Numbered from the stretch's first letter, positions 23,168 through 37,744 are shown. The stretch is 64,000 nucleotides of DNA from Botryllus schlosseri (GCA_051294905.1 CM119371.1:13952001-14016000), one strand, 5' to 3'. Program-made: numbers and translations. The notes: generated by a model from the letters alone, not told the origin.

Positions 23168-24796
23168 CTAAACTTTTATAAATGTGGATTCATAAATTGT
23201 AAAACATTTATCAACTTTTGGTTTCACCATTATCCATTTGTCTTTTGAGACATCATACTTTTCAATAACATCAGAGATATTTCCATATCCTACTGCATAA
23301 ATCCACTTATCAATGTGATGAGCAGACAGAATGCGATGACCAGAAATCATAGATGACAATACAGTCCAATGAGCTGAAGTAACATCGTAACATGATACGT
23401 AGTCGACTTCGATCCCTCCGCTGTAACCACCCATCACAAAAATCTTTCGGTCAACTGCAACGACACCAGTATCAGTCACAGCATATCTCATTGGCTCGAG
23501 GTCCACCCACTCCGATGACGATGGAGTGAATCTGCAGAATGAAGAAACTTCGATATAATCTCGTCCCACGCCTCCAATACAATAAATGGAATCATCCAAT
23601 GATACAAGGCTTGCATCACGATTTGCCGTAGGTTTATTCTGCAGTTGAAACCATTGATTTAAAGAGGGAGTAAATGTTTCCACAGCATCTGTCGCAATAG
23701 GATGGCTTCCTCCAATAACGAATATTGATCCTGACAACGGAACTGATCGAGGAAATTCACCATGGTCACAAATCATATCTTTCATCTTCTCCCATTTTGA
23801 ATTTTTGCTTCGGCAATCGAGTCGGTGAACAGATTTATTCTCACATAAAACATAAATGTACGAGTCAAGAGAAATCGTCTCAAAACATTGAAAATGCTCG
23901 AACTTTTCATCGTGGAACTTCTCTACGTTACGGGTTATTGGATTGAGGGATCTGATACAATCCGTGTCTTGATCAAAAAGAATAATCAAGTTCCTGTTGT
24001 CAATTTCTTCTTTCGATTTCCTCAATCTTTTTGAAGCTTTCAGTAGATGCCCGTTGATCAAATCGTACAATCCAACGTCATCGCAGAAAATCAAGTTTGA
24101 TTCCAAAAGATGTTCTACAAAAGCTGGCGACATTCTGTAAAACTTGATCACTTCAAGACATTGGTCCAAATGTTCCACATTTTTACGATTATTTTCAACC
24201 CACCGAAGCAATAACGTTAGTTTCGCTTCTTCACATAATTCGGATCTTTCCGACTTCACAGAATTGAGGATGTCATTTTTTTCAATATTTTGAAATCCAG
24301 GCTGCATTGATATTTCCATGATATTTTCCTGAAGAAATACTCTGCATCGCGTAGAGACGGCATCCAGTCCGTACATATCGGCAACTTTTCTTGTGGAAAA
24401 GTAATTCTCTACAGTAATTGACCGCTCCAAAATATCAGACACGGCCTGTTTCACATCTTCCAGCTGCATCATGATCGCAATATAAAGAAGATCATAGATC
24501 TTTTCATCGGGGATCTCAAATTCACCAGAATATATGAAATCGATGCAATTTTTCACACACTCGGAATCCACATCTTTAAAAACGACTTTTCTTTCACGAC
24601 TTTCCTTAGTGTCGTGCTTCAGCATTGCTTTGAAATAATCACTACCAGACGACAATACATTTTTGTGAGTGTAATAGACATCATCTCCCACTTGAATTAT
24701 GAAATCACATTGTTCATTATCTCGCTTCATTCGATGTAATTCTTCCATCATTTTCACGGCATGTTTCTCCACACTTGGACACGCAATCTTCACCAT
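23168..24796 (-). CDS. Kelch-like protein (BTB-BACK-Kelch), inverted copy
   Basis: Intact ORF with the same BTB, BACK and Kelch motifs; ATG at 24796 (MVKIACPSVEKHA). Confidence 0.92.
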   Translation of the reverse strand: MVKIACPSVEKHAVKMMEELHRMKRDNEQCDFIIQVGDDVYYTHKNVLSSGSDYFKAMLKHDTKESRERKVVFKDVDSECVKNCIDFIYSGEFEIPDEKIYDLLYIAIMMQLEDVKQAVSDILERSITVENYFSTRKVADMYGLDAVSTRCRVFLQENIMEISMQPGFQNIEKNDILNSVKSERSELCEEAKLTLLLRWVENNRKNVEHLDQCLEVIKFYRMSPAFVEHLLESNLIFCDDVGLYDLINGHLLKASKRLRKSKEEIDNRNLIILFDQDTDCIRSLNPITRNVEKFHDEKFEHFQCFETISLDSYIYVLCENKSVHRLDCRSKNSKWEKMKDMICDHGEFPRSVPLSGSIFVIGGSHPIATDAVETFTPSLNQWFQLQNKPTANRDASLVSLDDSIYCIGGVGRDYIEVSSFCRFTPSSSEWVDLEPMRYAVTDTGVVAVDRKIFVMGGYSGGIEVDYVSCYDVTSAHWTVLSSMISGHRILSAHHIDKWIYAVGYGNISDVIEKYDVSKDKWIMVKPKVDKCFTIYESTFIKV

Positions 24797-25794
24797 GATT
24801 AACAACCAAATGCAATATATATCAAATTTCACTACAATTATTTATTACTGCATAGAACTGTTATTGGAGTAAAGGTTTGTTAACATGAGTAATGCCTTTT
24901 GAAAGCTACCACCAAAGACCGGGTATTTGCTCGTCTAGTTCAGAGAGTAGACGGTGTATGCCTAAGGTATCACCTGTCCCATTTTGTGAAATACCAAATA
25001 TGCATAATCAATATTTTTCAGTGTTGTGCTATCACACCTACAGTATTGTGTTGAGCCCCTATGGAATCTCGGTTCATTTTTTGAAATAAATCCTGCATGA
25101 TGAAAACTCTTTTCTGTATAGAATAATTAAGTAATTAAACAGAAGATCCTGCGTGACGTTGCCATCAGTTGCCACCAATTCCACTCTGCGTGTTGAGTGT
25201 TGTGCTGATGACGAAATTGCGGGTATGATGACGAATAACCGCGTCTCAGAATATAGTAATACACGGCGTGGATCGCATACTCAGGTTTAGCGCGTTATGT
25301 ATGAACATGAACAATTAGTACATGCTCAGTTGAAGAATGGCTGTCCGACTCCGAGTATGCTTGGATAACTGAACTGGATGATAGATTTCTAGTTGTCTAA
25401 TTTCATTAAATTATAGCGAAATGCCAGTAATCTAATTGTAATGTTATATGAGCTCGTGGAGCTTGTGCACGATCTGCCCTAAGTCAACGGTATTTCGGTC
25501 CCGGCGCTCAGGCAAAATCCGCCGTTTCATAAACGGAAAATTGTTAATGGGCACACGGCTTTTTACCGGGTGGAAATTACATTAACCTGTCTGCAGAAAT
25601 GGCAGAAATGGGAAATAAAGGTGTTAATGCTACTCTAGTAATTCTATAAAATCGAACGAGTGAATTTATGTAAATTGTTACAAATTAGTGATGTGAATAC
25701 TTATAAATACCGATATATATTATGTGAATATGTTTGCAGGCGAACTATAATGTGGGGCAAGTAGAATAAAGACTGACATATAACGAGTCGGTAT

Positions 25795-28700
25795 TGTGGA
25801 ACGCCCTGCGCCCTCTCACGGTTCATACACTTTGTAAGATACAACATCATTATGGTACATCGCCTATATCTGTATATCACGTGACTTATATCTTTCTTCT
25901 CGCAACCACGTGACTTACCATTTATCAGCTCGTGCATTTCAATTACAAACTAGACTCATACGCGATATCCTACTGTATATTCCATACGTATTCGACCAAT
26001 ATATCTATCCGAGGCAATACTGTCGTTGCATTTACGTTGGAGTTGTCAGATCAAGGACTAACACAGGGACGTGCGTCTACTACGAAAAGAGCTAAGTATA
26101 TCTACCCAGCCACACATTACGTGGGACTCAGGTTGCAACTCTAGCAGGTTATCAGACGCCATATCTGGTCTGCATGGTGCCAACTCGTGAGATGATTTCA
26201 GCTTCAACGAAGGACGAATCGCCTCCTACACAATTGGACTTACAACTGCTATGGAGCCATCCAGGACTTTTTCAGACTTACACGGTAAATCCGTTTATTT
26301 GACTTCGAATTTCGGGAATGCATTCGGCAGTGAGAATGATTTATCTCACTTGGCTTTATCGGCTAGCAGCAAATTTCTTCGTTATTGCTCGATTCGTGCT
26401 TTCTACATAATTATATTAGTTGTTTGTGTTTCTGTATTCAATGCCATGACATTCAGAGAACCAGATTTGAGTGATACTCTGACACTGCCAAGACGTTGTT
26501 CATTGGTTTCGTTTTTACATTACGGCCTTAAAGTCTGTTATTTTATTCTTAACGTTTTCCTTTCTAACGACATTATCACATCCATTCGGCGTCGGGAATT
26601 ACACTGTCGGCCGCCTGATAAAATCGCTTCTCTACCCCGTGAAATCGAATATTAACCACCGATCCACTATTCAATATTTTCATAAATAACTTCACTTTCG
26701 CACGATTAGCCTACCTGACTCGTTTACCAAACCATTTGCTTACAATTGTTTAATTGTTCAACAACTCCATTTCGATTTTATTATAAATTTTGCGGTTTTC
26801 CTACCCTCGTATTACCTCGTAACTCACTACCAATCACCATGGTTATTTACCAATCTATTTTTTGTTCGTTTTGTTATATTCACGTCATTTCCGTGGAACA
26901 TAACTACTAATCCCATTATTTTAATTTCGGAATATTTCTTTAAACCTAATTCATACATTACTTTTTGTGATTTCATCTGTCATTCATGCGACATTGACTT
27001 CCGCGCGTATTTAAGCGCTACCCTTTTTTTAACTACCGTAACTACATACCGTCAATGTGAATTCCATAACAATAGTGACGCGTCTTTTCGGCCGACTATA
27101 ACATAACATCCCACCGTATTTAATATGATAATTCTGCGGCAACATCAGCTCTTTTTAACCGGCAATTTAGATCTCGGCTATGAACTATTAAGATATACCA
27201 GTAGCACTGGGAATTGGGATTTTATAATTAACTTTATTTTTCTAACTTCAATTCATCTTATCTAATTACGCGTATTCGCATAGCCTCGCTTTGCTACAAT
27301 TTCTCATAATGGTTATTTGATTTTAATCACATATTTGCATTACTTAAAACTCAGCCTTATGCTGGAATTTGTGGATACGGAATTAATTTCCCATTTTTTT
27401 TAAAAAACATTGACTTATTTACTTTCTTTATACTAGGTCTTTTACATAATCGCTTACTTCTAATTACCCATACTTAAATAAGGCCTCTTTAACACGGTGA
27501 CAAATTGTCATTTTTCTTCGTAATTTACGTCTTTACATACTTACCCGCGATAATGTCATCTGAACATACTCAGATTTTACAACCTAGCTATATGCGATTA
27601 ACGATACATTTATTTTACCCGCAATGCCATTTGGACGCAATATTATCTAAATATCCCGTGATTTATTTTGGCCACGGACATTTCCCGTTTTATATATGCT
27701 ACTCCGACTAGGAAATCAAGAATTGTTTCGGCTTATGTGTTGTGATCTAAGGCACAAATTTCGACCCGGGTGTATCCGAGTCTTCTCAAAGCGTCGGCCA
27801 CGGGATTGCATATCTGGTCCCGCTTTACCGCCTTGATCAAGCGGTGGGGCGGAGTCAGTGTTGTAATTAGACTCGAGGTCTCCAGCGCTCAGACTCGCGA
27901 TATTACGAAATCTGATGCTGACGTTCGCACCGCAATCTGAGTCATTTCTTCGATCTACTAGGAAGTCCGTACTTACAAAAGCGTTACAGTCACTGTATAT
28001 TATATATATACTTTTAATGTGAAGCACGATTCTTACTTACGCAATTGTGCATTAACTGTCGCGACGTGTTTAACGGCACACGTCAATTTATTTCCGGAAA
28101 CCTTTTTATACCTGGAGAGCATATGGCGCGCAGATCCAGCGATATGTCTGGATTTGTGGTATGCCATGCGGTGTACATATCGCTAGGGACTTTTCTGGAC
28201 ATGACTGCGTGTTCGCAGCACTAAATTCGTACATGCCATTAGGCTACCTAACAATACAAACATTTGTCATTACTTCGGCTATTGTTATTACATTCTCTTT
28301 ATAATTTTTACACTATACTTTCACGACTTACTTTGTCATATAATTAAATGACGAATTCCCCGCGTTACGCTACGATTACATTCATCTTGACATGCTTTGA
28401 TGCGAATATTCCATTTCTAGATACTTTTGATCTGATTAATACACCCGGATAACCCGGCATAATTTCCATTCACTTCGAGATTACGTAAATTTTTATTTAT
28501 TTCTACTTGAAAGCTCAAATTACTCACAAGGCTTATATAACCGCCTTGCGTCCGTCACGCATGGAATAATCGATTCAATACTTAGTACTTACGCTTACAT
28601 TATAGCGTAGGCCTACTCGGCTCATTTCATTCCTATCGGTGCAGATTTTCACCACTTCATATCTGGTTCACTGACAATACAATGTGTTTATTTTATTTAC

Positions 28701-30638
28701 CTTCTTTTTCAATTTGTCATTAGGCTACTTTTATTGCTATTATTATTTTCCTACTTTGTGAAATAGCCTTTTTGCTGCCGATATTGCATTGCATTCTAGA
28801 ATTCGTTGTCGTCTGCCAACGGGTCTCGCGAACTGCCGCAATGCTCTCTACTACACAACAACCTCCGATCTCCGATTCCGCCGCCTATGTCAACATTTCG
28901 GGACATACCAGTTCAACATTACTTTGGTAACACCACGTATTTATACGCATTTTTAAGTCGACTTCGATAGTCGTGAAGAATATTCGCAGAACAGGCGATA
29001 CGCGTTTTAACCTTGGCGGAGTGAACTAATTGGATCTAAATACAATCATTATTGAGCAATGAGCATTGACTGTTAATTATTCCAGGCAGGTTCGCGACCC
29101 ACGGTGCACGGTTTAACTGTATATAAATAATTATTCGGTCTTCCTAAAGACTGATGGACATTTGACATTTCCATCGCGATGAATTTCCTAATCCTTGAAA
29201 TATTAGCATTCATGAACTTTTTCTATTATATTATATTAATTTTCGTCAATCGCACGTGGAAACCACGCTTCTCTTGCATGGCCGGTTATCGCGTGAACAA
29301 TCCCGTAACCCGGATACCCAAAGTGGATTTTGATTGACAGACATTTCCCGCAACCTCTTCCGAGATACTGATTTGTTTTGCCTACATTTTGAGAGATACT
29401 TGCTACTTGGTTTGTATAATTTTCCCCTATTGCGGCAGACTTAACGCCGCCGCCCGTACCGTCTAATGTGATAATCGGTCTTCCCCGCTGTCGTGGGATT
29501 TTCGGCGGCTAACAATAACACATATCTACCCCATTTCCCACACTAATGACCTATTCGTCATGCCGTATTCCGCGGCTCCTTTGTTTGTCATATATCGAAC
29601 CGATTGTCGGCCATTTTGTATTCAATTGTCGACCCTTTTTTCGTGTTATTTTTTTTTCCTTTTTCATTTTAATACAGATTTCATAAAATTGCCCTTTACA
29701 AGCCGTTCTGGTATCTTGAACCACGTGTTTCGATTAATTTGAAAAGTAGTTTTGACTTTAATATGCTCCCCAACCATACACTGGATTCCGCTTATAGGAT
29801 TTTGCCTTTACAAATAACATACACTCGTTTTAGAGCTACCACCAATTCGTTCTAGCGTATGACGCATTCGCCAGACCTAATGTCAATTACCTTGTGTACA
29901 TATTTTTTTTGCTTCTTTCGTACTTTTAATAAAACACAAAATTGCCTCAGATAACCAATTCGCCAATTTGACTATATTAAATCTTACCCTTAACGTGTTA
30001 TCGTCACGCTATCTCATACGGTTGCATTGCTATCATGTTGTATAAATATTCCAACATCAGGCTACAATATCGCATTTTCAATTGACGTTATTACCCTTCT
30101 ACCAATACTTTATTAACTACACACTTCGGCCTTACCTCGTTAATCAACATGCTATGTTTTATATGTTGAAATTATTACATTTCTTAATCGTACTACTATT
30201 CAATGCATGTAAATTTCATTTTCTATTGTCGCTAATCACGCCTTTTTAGCAGAGGCGATGTGGAACGCCCTGCGCCCTCTCACGGTTCATACACTTTGTA
30301 AGATACAACATCATTATGGTACATCGCCTATATCTGTATATCACGTGACTTATATCTTTCTTCTCGCAGCCACGTGACTTACCATTTATCAGCTCGTGCA
30401 TTTCAATTACAAACTAGACTCATACGCGATATCCTACTGTATATTCCATACATATTCGACCAATATATCTATCCGAGGCAATACTGTCGTTGCATTTACG
30501 TTGGAGTTGTCAGATCAAGGACTAACACAGGGACGTGCGTCTACTACAAAAAGAGCTAAGTATATCTACCCAGCCACACATTACGTGGGGCTCAGGTTGC
30601 AACTCTAGCAGGTTATCAGACGCCATATCTGGTCTGCA
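25795..30638 (+). mobile_element. Non-autonomous LTR retrotransposon, probably Gypsy-type (element C)
   Basis: 380-bp LTRs 25795..26174 and 30259..30638, TG...CA, about 4 mismatches; 4-bp TSD GTAT; PBS starting TGGTGCC at 26175; purine tract AGCAGAGGCGA before the 3' LTR; no long internal ORF. Confidence 0.92.
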
Positions 30639-33249
30639 GTATAGAAGCAGGAAAAACCGTGGAATCACAGTTATTATAACCAAAAGATCCACAATTAGGG
30701 ACCCGTAATTCTAGGATATAGTTACGCTGATGAATGCATAGCAACTATGGCTAATTGGCGCTATCTAAAATTCGGACCGTTGTGTGTGTTTTGAGATATC
30801 ACGGATTATTATCAAAATCTACGGACTGTAACGATGCAACACAAAAGGTTTATATGAATCTTTTTATTTGTTGAAACCCAAATTGAAATTAAATTGAGGT
30901 TGATGACATCATAAACTAGAAAATACATCACCAAGTTAAATGCCCGAGTGATGCGATGAGGAAGTTAGCTGAATTTAAATACCGGAAGCTTGGACATATG
31001 GCCAGATGTTGATCGTCACACATTAAATATAGGATAATACGTTAGTCGCCGTCATTATTGTATTAGCGCGGATCTAAACATGACGGTGATTCCAGACCTT
31101 TTCGAGAAATAGGATAGTGTTAGCGGATATCAGAAGTATATAGTCGGATCTTAAAATGCAAATGTAATGATAACAAATGAACCGTATTTAGCCAGTAGAA
31201 GCATCATGCGAGGAAGATTAGTTGTATTAATTGTAAAGATGTTGTTGACTAGTGTGAGAATGTAGTAAAAAGTGGAAGATTTGAAATTGAGCATATTTCG
31301 AAAATGAATGAAATATGTCTTTATAGTACTAGGAGCTCATAATGGATAAGGATCGAGCATCTAGATATAGGCTAATCAAAAATAATATTTACCAAAAGTG
31401 TATAGTTGTAGTATAAGCAGTCTTGACGCATTGTATATTAAAGTTCGAATGTAATTTTGTTAGAAAAAATCCACGTTGAGCTGAGATATCGAAATAACAT
31501 AATGCTTGCGAACCGAGGTATTAGGCTCTGTTTTATGGTGTTTTTATGTGATCCTTTTAAAGAAATAGTGTCAATTTGTGTCAAGCAATAGTGGCCACTC
31601 GTCCTGTATCATTATTCGCAATTTGTAAACGCTTATGAATCGTATATTTGGCTATATGGTGAAATACTAATTTTAATGTAACTAAAGCCTGTAATGCATT
31701 GTATTTCGCATTTCTTTATTTACTTATTTTGCACTCCAAAGATTAGATTGGAGATGAGATGTTTGAACTGTAAATTCTTGTGTGCTTTAACATCCGTAAT
31801 ATACCAATATAGGAACATGCATGTCTTTAAAAATTAGGATGACATATATATGTTGGCGATAGCCTTATAGAATATGAATTGTTGTTTATGTATTCTGTAC
31901 AGCTTTCGTTGAAGTTGAAACTAACTGGCACGGCGGCCCATAAGACGCCTTTCATCACACATGTGTCGTTGTCAAACAACAGAGGTGTGATTACCCACCA
32001 ATATTCCTTATAAGGAAACATTATCTAATGTTCTCTGGGAATAATGTCAGTATTGTAACCCATAAAATAATTACGACAGAGTGTAGGCTATAGGGTCGTA
32101 GCCAGTTAACTATTCTTGAAGCAGGCCATTAAAAAATTAGGTGATCGTTTTGGGTCAACTAGCTACCGATAGGTAGGTGATTAGTGAAACCACCCTACAT
32201 ACAACCCAAATCTGACACGCTTGTTATGCGTAACAAAGGTGTCTGAAGCGAATGCGAAGGATTAAAATATAGTGGCTATTTTCAGTTTATCTGTAATTTT
32301 TAATATTAAGTTGCTTTATAATGATGTATCCACCATTTTCGGTATCTGCGGACTTTTACAGTGAAAAGGCGTTACAGTGAATTGGCGATATATGTACTGT
32401 ATGTATATTATATTATATATTATGCGTTATATTATATCCACACATTGCGTCACGCCAGGAAAACGGTTGATAAAGTGATTACGTATATATGTGTGTAAGT
32501 ACTTAATGCCTTTTTGGGATCAATGTATATTGAAAATTGTGTGATTTTGTGTGAATTATTTAGTATGCGTTGTAACTAGTTCACGCAACAGCAACTAGGA
32601 CCCCTACACTTGAGTGAGGTTAGACGGTTACAAAACCAAGACAAGTTGCTTGTGAGAGCTGTCATAAAACTAGATGAGTAACACCCTAATATATCCTAGA
32701 TTATACAAATACACAAAAATCTTGATCAGCCTTGAACGATAATGTGACGATGTAACGAGCCCTTCGATAGAATATGAACATGTTTTGATTTTGGGTCAAT
32801 TATGAATACATGGATACGTGGAATTGCTATTGAAATATGGTCTGGATCGCATATGTGTTAGAGTGCACGATTTTAGCATGCTTTAGTAACAGTTGGATGC
32901 ATTTTAAGAATGTCTGTTGCTATGGTAACATCGCTACTTGAATGTGACGTATAATATTGGAGTATTTGGTTGTATTAAGGTACCAAGGTCAAGTACGTAC
33001 AGATATGCTAGCTAAAACTGGACCCTAAGGTCATTGAAAGTTCAAGACACTTCGAAGACTGCTCCGCCAGCAACAGTCATTCACCAAAATTGGATTACAA
33101 GCAAAAGAACCCAGGCAAAACACAATATCTTCCTACTAACAAGATTGAAGGCAAGATATTTCTACTAACACATATGGAGGCACCCAACGGAATTGTAATT
33201 CAAGGCGCCTGGTAATCATTGTTGCTTCTAGAGTATTCGTCTTTAGAAG

Positions 33250-35486
33250 AGAGTGGACTTTCACATATTTCTGAAGAGTGGGGAGGTGAGGGGTAATCAA
33301 TCATGAAGTTATTTTGGCTACGAAAACGTAACGAGGACACTTGCACCCTTCGCAAAAACACCCAACTGATGAAGACCACTCAACAACGACAGCTAACGAC
33401 TCGGGCTAATAAAGGTCAGGTGACAGCACGTGTCCAGCATCAAGCAAAATTCGTGAAAAAGGTGACGTCTATTCTACACAAGACGGCAAAACTATTCAAA
33501 AAAGCCAAAAGAGACGTCAAACAAGCGAGAACTTATTTGACTACCGTCCGGAAAGTGAGTACCAAAAGTACTGCCGCTTCGCTTGAACCAGTCTTAAGGA
33601 GCCAAGCAAAATCTGGAGTGGCCAGAAGTGAAATTACAGGCCGAGTTTCAAATCCGTTAGAAATGCAGACGCGGACAAAAGTCGAACCAGCGGTACCTCT
33701 TCGAGCGTACGGGTTCCTTCAGTCGTCGCCCGGAGTCACAGAAGATATGAAGTTGGAATCTGGAAATCACCCGACACCACGGTCAACGACAGAAAGAGTG
33801 TCGCTCAATGCGAACGCAAATCATCACATTGTACAGGGGACTTTCTTAACGCCCCTCGATCGAGAGAAGGTGCCACAGGTATTATTACCTTCTCAGCGTC
33901 CAAAAATGATCGATAAAAAACAATATATTACTGCGGAAGAAGCAATATTGATATCACCCAGTAATAGGCTGATTATTTGGTGCATGATAGCTGTTTTCCG
34001 ATACATGTTACATGTCGATACAGTTGCTGATAGTATTTTAGAAAATGTCGTAGGCCTACATTGTCCACTGCTGATGCCCATGAAGTCGATATAAAGACGC
34101 ATCAACAATTATTATCTTCAATTCTATTAAGTTCGTCCGGAGAACTTGATTAGATAGAGGAAATAAATTTTACGCTGGTCAAAGTAGTCAGTGTTGATAC
34201 TCAAGTAGAAGTAGGGATAACGTTGTATAGGTCTGCATGTATGAAAAACCTATTTGAGTAGTATTCTGGAATAGTAGACTATTTCCTTATTGAACATCTA
34301 TGATGCGACTAAGTCATTAAGTGGAGAATTCATGAATTTACTCGATGGAAATACAAAATTGAAGTTTTGGCAGATAATTATCCGATCGTAGAGGAAATTA
34401 GCTTTATACGCGGGTAATTGGCTACATCGACAATATTAGGTATAGGTGGATCGTCACAGGTCGAGTCATTGATATATCTAGAAATTGATGGGGTTTCAAT
34501 TCCTTTTGCGTGTGGTAATGTCCCGTTAAATATTATTGGATATCATGGGATAGACAAGGTTATACCGCTGCCTTCAATTGATACGGTGTTAAAGAGCCCG
34601 TCAATTGCAAGTTGCGAGCTGGCTCAGTCCGGAATAGGTGTTCCGTGTTCATTGTCGACACAAGCCGTAATAGAATATGATAGTGAAGGGTGGGAAATAA
34701 AAAACTTTGGCCAATCAAGGAAATAACGTGAAAAACAGCAATCGCGAGGCTGTTTCGAATGTTAGGTCGTTAGAAATTGTAAAGTCGCACCCGTGCCAAT
34801 ATAATAGTGACAGCGCCGTTAGGATATGCGCTGAAAATAGTGGTGAAGTGCAGGCACGGAATTTGGTCACATTCGGTGTAAAATGTGAGTGCGACGGGTT
34901 GAAAAGTTTTAGGGCGCAAGATCTTTTCAATCCAATAGGCCCCGAAGTGGATGTTGACGTAAGCGTACCGAAGCATCAAAAATCTCATAGTGGAGAGTTA
35001 TGTGCCTCGTTTCTAACGACAAATAAAAGGCCAAAATATTTCCCGCGAAAGGTATTCGATGGTCCAATAACGGAATATGTGTTGCAAAATGAATCGGATA
35101 TAGAGGTTAGATTGGAATTGGAAGAACTTCGTAAGCAATCCGTATTGCTGTCAAAAGCGCCTTTCCAACCGCCCGACCTTAATGACAACGCTAATTGCTA
35201 TTATAGAAGAGAAAATATGGAGAGCGGTGTATGAGCCGTTTGCCACAGAATTGGAAGATCTTGTCGGGCATTTGCGGGAGAAACAAGCCATGAAGTATCC
35301 ATGTAAAATAGAACTAAAAGATGAATCGACCCCTCCATTAGTGTCTTCACCTTATAATTTGAGAGGGATAGAACAACTGAATGCAGCGATGAAGCCAATA
35401 ACCAGAGTTTCACAGTTAAAAAAATGCGTAGTGTATTAGGGAATTATATAAAACAACCTACCCTTTTAAAAAAAGTGGGGGGAGAG
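33250..35486 (+). pseudogene. Decayed gag-protease remnant of an LTR retroelement ending in a polypurine tract
   Basis: Retropepsin-like ILGIGG...GNVPLNIIG (34418 ORF), pre-RT-like IELKDESTPPLVSSPYNL, PPT AAAAAAGTGGGGGGAGAG then TG at 35487; many stops and frameshifts; left boundary approximate. Confidence 0.6.
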
Positions 35487-36429
35487 TGATGGCCGTCTAG
35501 GTATGGTCATGCGATAGGAAAAACGTCTGAATAGGATTGCTACAAACGTAATGAGATTCTATATAAAATGATTTGACTCGCAAATGTTCTATACGTCCAG
35601 ACCAAAGGGTAAATTGATAGGAATGTATCATCGACATATTTAGTTCACTACTAAACGTGAAGACAAAACTGGAAATCGACCGAAGGCCTTACATTTGAAA
35701 TCGCAATAAGCAATGCTCGAATTGGGATTATATCGTCAATTCCCGATCCATAACTCTTTTTGGGCTAGGAGTCAATCACAGTGCATTGTTAAAATTGATG
35801 GAATAAATTGATTTATTGTATAGTTATATAGTACCGTATATATATGTATATAGCGAATAACGCAAAATAGAGTTTCTGAACGTCCTATTATTGTATATAA
35901 TGGTGAATATGAATTGACTATCTGAGTAGCATAATGTCGCAAGTGTATAATTTAGATCTGCAAAGCGAAAATGGGCGCAATTCTGATGCCCTGGAGATTG
36001 GCTAATATTCGGTGGATTGTTCATCTAAAATGAGGGAAGCTCTTGTGAAAAAATATCCATATGCTCGGTGATTAACAGTCGGAAATATGAATCATATGAA
36101 GCTGCGATCATGCATGAGATCATGCGATCATTTGCATCACACCGTCGTCATAGGTTATAGTGCGCCCCGTGACAACAGATATGCGGGCGGAAAATGCACA
36201 TGCTCCTATATCCTTGGCCTTGCATTTCTACGAGTTACGTTGCTTCGTGCATCAGCCCCGAGCTCGTATCCTACTGAGTAGTTAACTAACTATACGTAAC
36301 TCTCATTGCGATACTGAGAACGCCAGACAAGTACAGCTAGTAGCTACACTCAATCTTTATTCTTTATCACAATTCACAACAGTGAACAACAATAAATATC
36401 AATCAACATGCTGACTGGCACATTTTGAG

Positions 36430-36680
36430 CGTGCACGTCAGAGCGGTACGGATGTATCAGGATGGTAATATTCCAACGGTAACGCGCCAGGAATATGCGT
36501 ATACATTTGCGAGTCGCAATCGCTCGGATATAGTTTGTAGGTGCATTATGTGCAGCAACACCACCCTCCAGCAGATCATGACTAGCATTTTCAAGTTCGG
36601 AATCGAGGGGGAACGTTCTTCTGAAAAGTGTCTTCATCTGCTTGTTGCGCGTAGACGTCGTGTCGCGTGTCGTCCTGTTC
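36430..36680 (-). mobile_element. 3' part of a Gypsy remnant (ORF end, PPT, LTR start), split from 50096..50320 by a hAT insertion
   Basis: Joins 50096 across TSD TCCTGTTC; minus strand shows TGGAGGGTGGTG followed by TG near 36556. Confidence 0.5.
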
Positions 36681-37744
36681 CAGGGTTGTAACCAAGTCAC
36701 ATGGTTCCGAGTCACGAGTCAATCTTACTTTTGTGGTTTTGACTCGAGTCAAGTCGAGTCATTTTCAATTCAACACCGAGTCAAGTCCGAGTCCAAGTCA
36801 CCGTTTATCGGGTCAAGTCCGAGTCATAGTGTTATGACTCGAGTCCGAGTCCAAGTCACAGTATTGAAGTCGTGTTCATCCAATGTTTTCAATCCTGCTT
36901 GGGTGATATCGAATTCCTTGCTTGCCTAACATGCTTATTTTGTCCCTACCAGAGTCTTGACACATGTTTATTTAGGTAGATTACGGACAGTTCCTGGCCT
37001 CATTTACCGATGCTACAGATAGACGAGACAGGCCGCCAATATGATAACTTTACTAATCTTAGAACTTAGAATCAAATATCTGTCTTGTCAGTCTGATACA
37101 TCACAAATACAAGCATTCAGTTTTTATCATGACCACATCGACGACAGCTCACAAATAGCTGATTGAGAACCAACGAATTCAAGTCTGCATACTAGCTGAT
37201 AGAGAACCTACGAATTCACGTCGACAAATGAGGTGATAGAAAATCAACAGATGCATGTTTATGTTTATGTAGGGGTATTTTCACCAGGTCAGCATGCTGT
37301 TAAAGCGTGCATGTAGCTATGTGCAGTGACAAAAACAGATACCTTTTGATATTACTAAAGGTTTTCCAAATTGCATTACATGTAGCTATGATAATTGTCG
37401 AAAATCCAGGATTCTAGAAGACAAGAAGTCGATTTATCGAGTTAGATAGACAGAATTTTCACCAACCAAATTGATACACCAACGATACAGCAAGAAATCC
37501 GTTGAAGACGCAAAAAGTTTGATGAACTGGATATATCATTTGGAAATAGGATATCAAGACTGAACAGAACTGTGGTTGCTACATCGGGAAATTTGCCACT
37601 GGCTTCCATACTCCACCAACCGTCAGACAATCAATACCGATTTGGACCCAGCTTCGCCAACCGTTGGACAAAATACATAGCAATTTTGAACCGAAACTCT
37701 ACTTGATATTATTCATCCAAAGGTTTGGTGCTAATATATTTCGA

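Noticed and set aside
25206..36006. Possible LTR pair bracketing the gag-protease remnant (candidate PBS TGGCGC at 30756)
   Set aside because: Only scattered short matches between the putative LTRs and no TSD.
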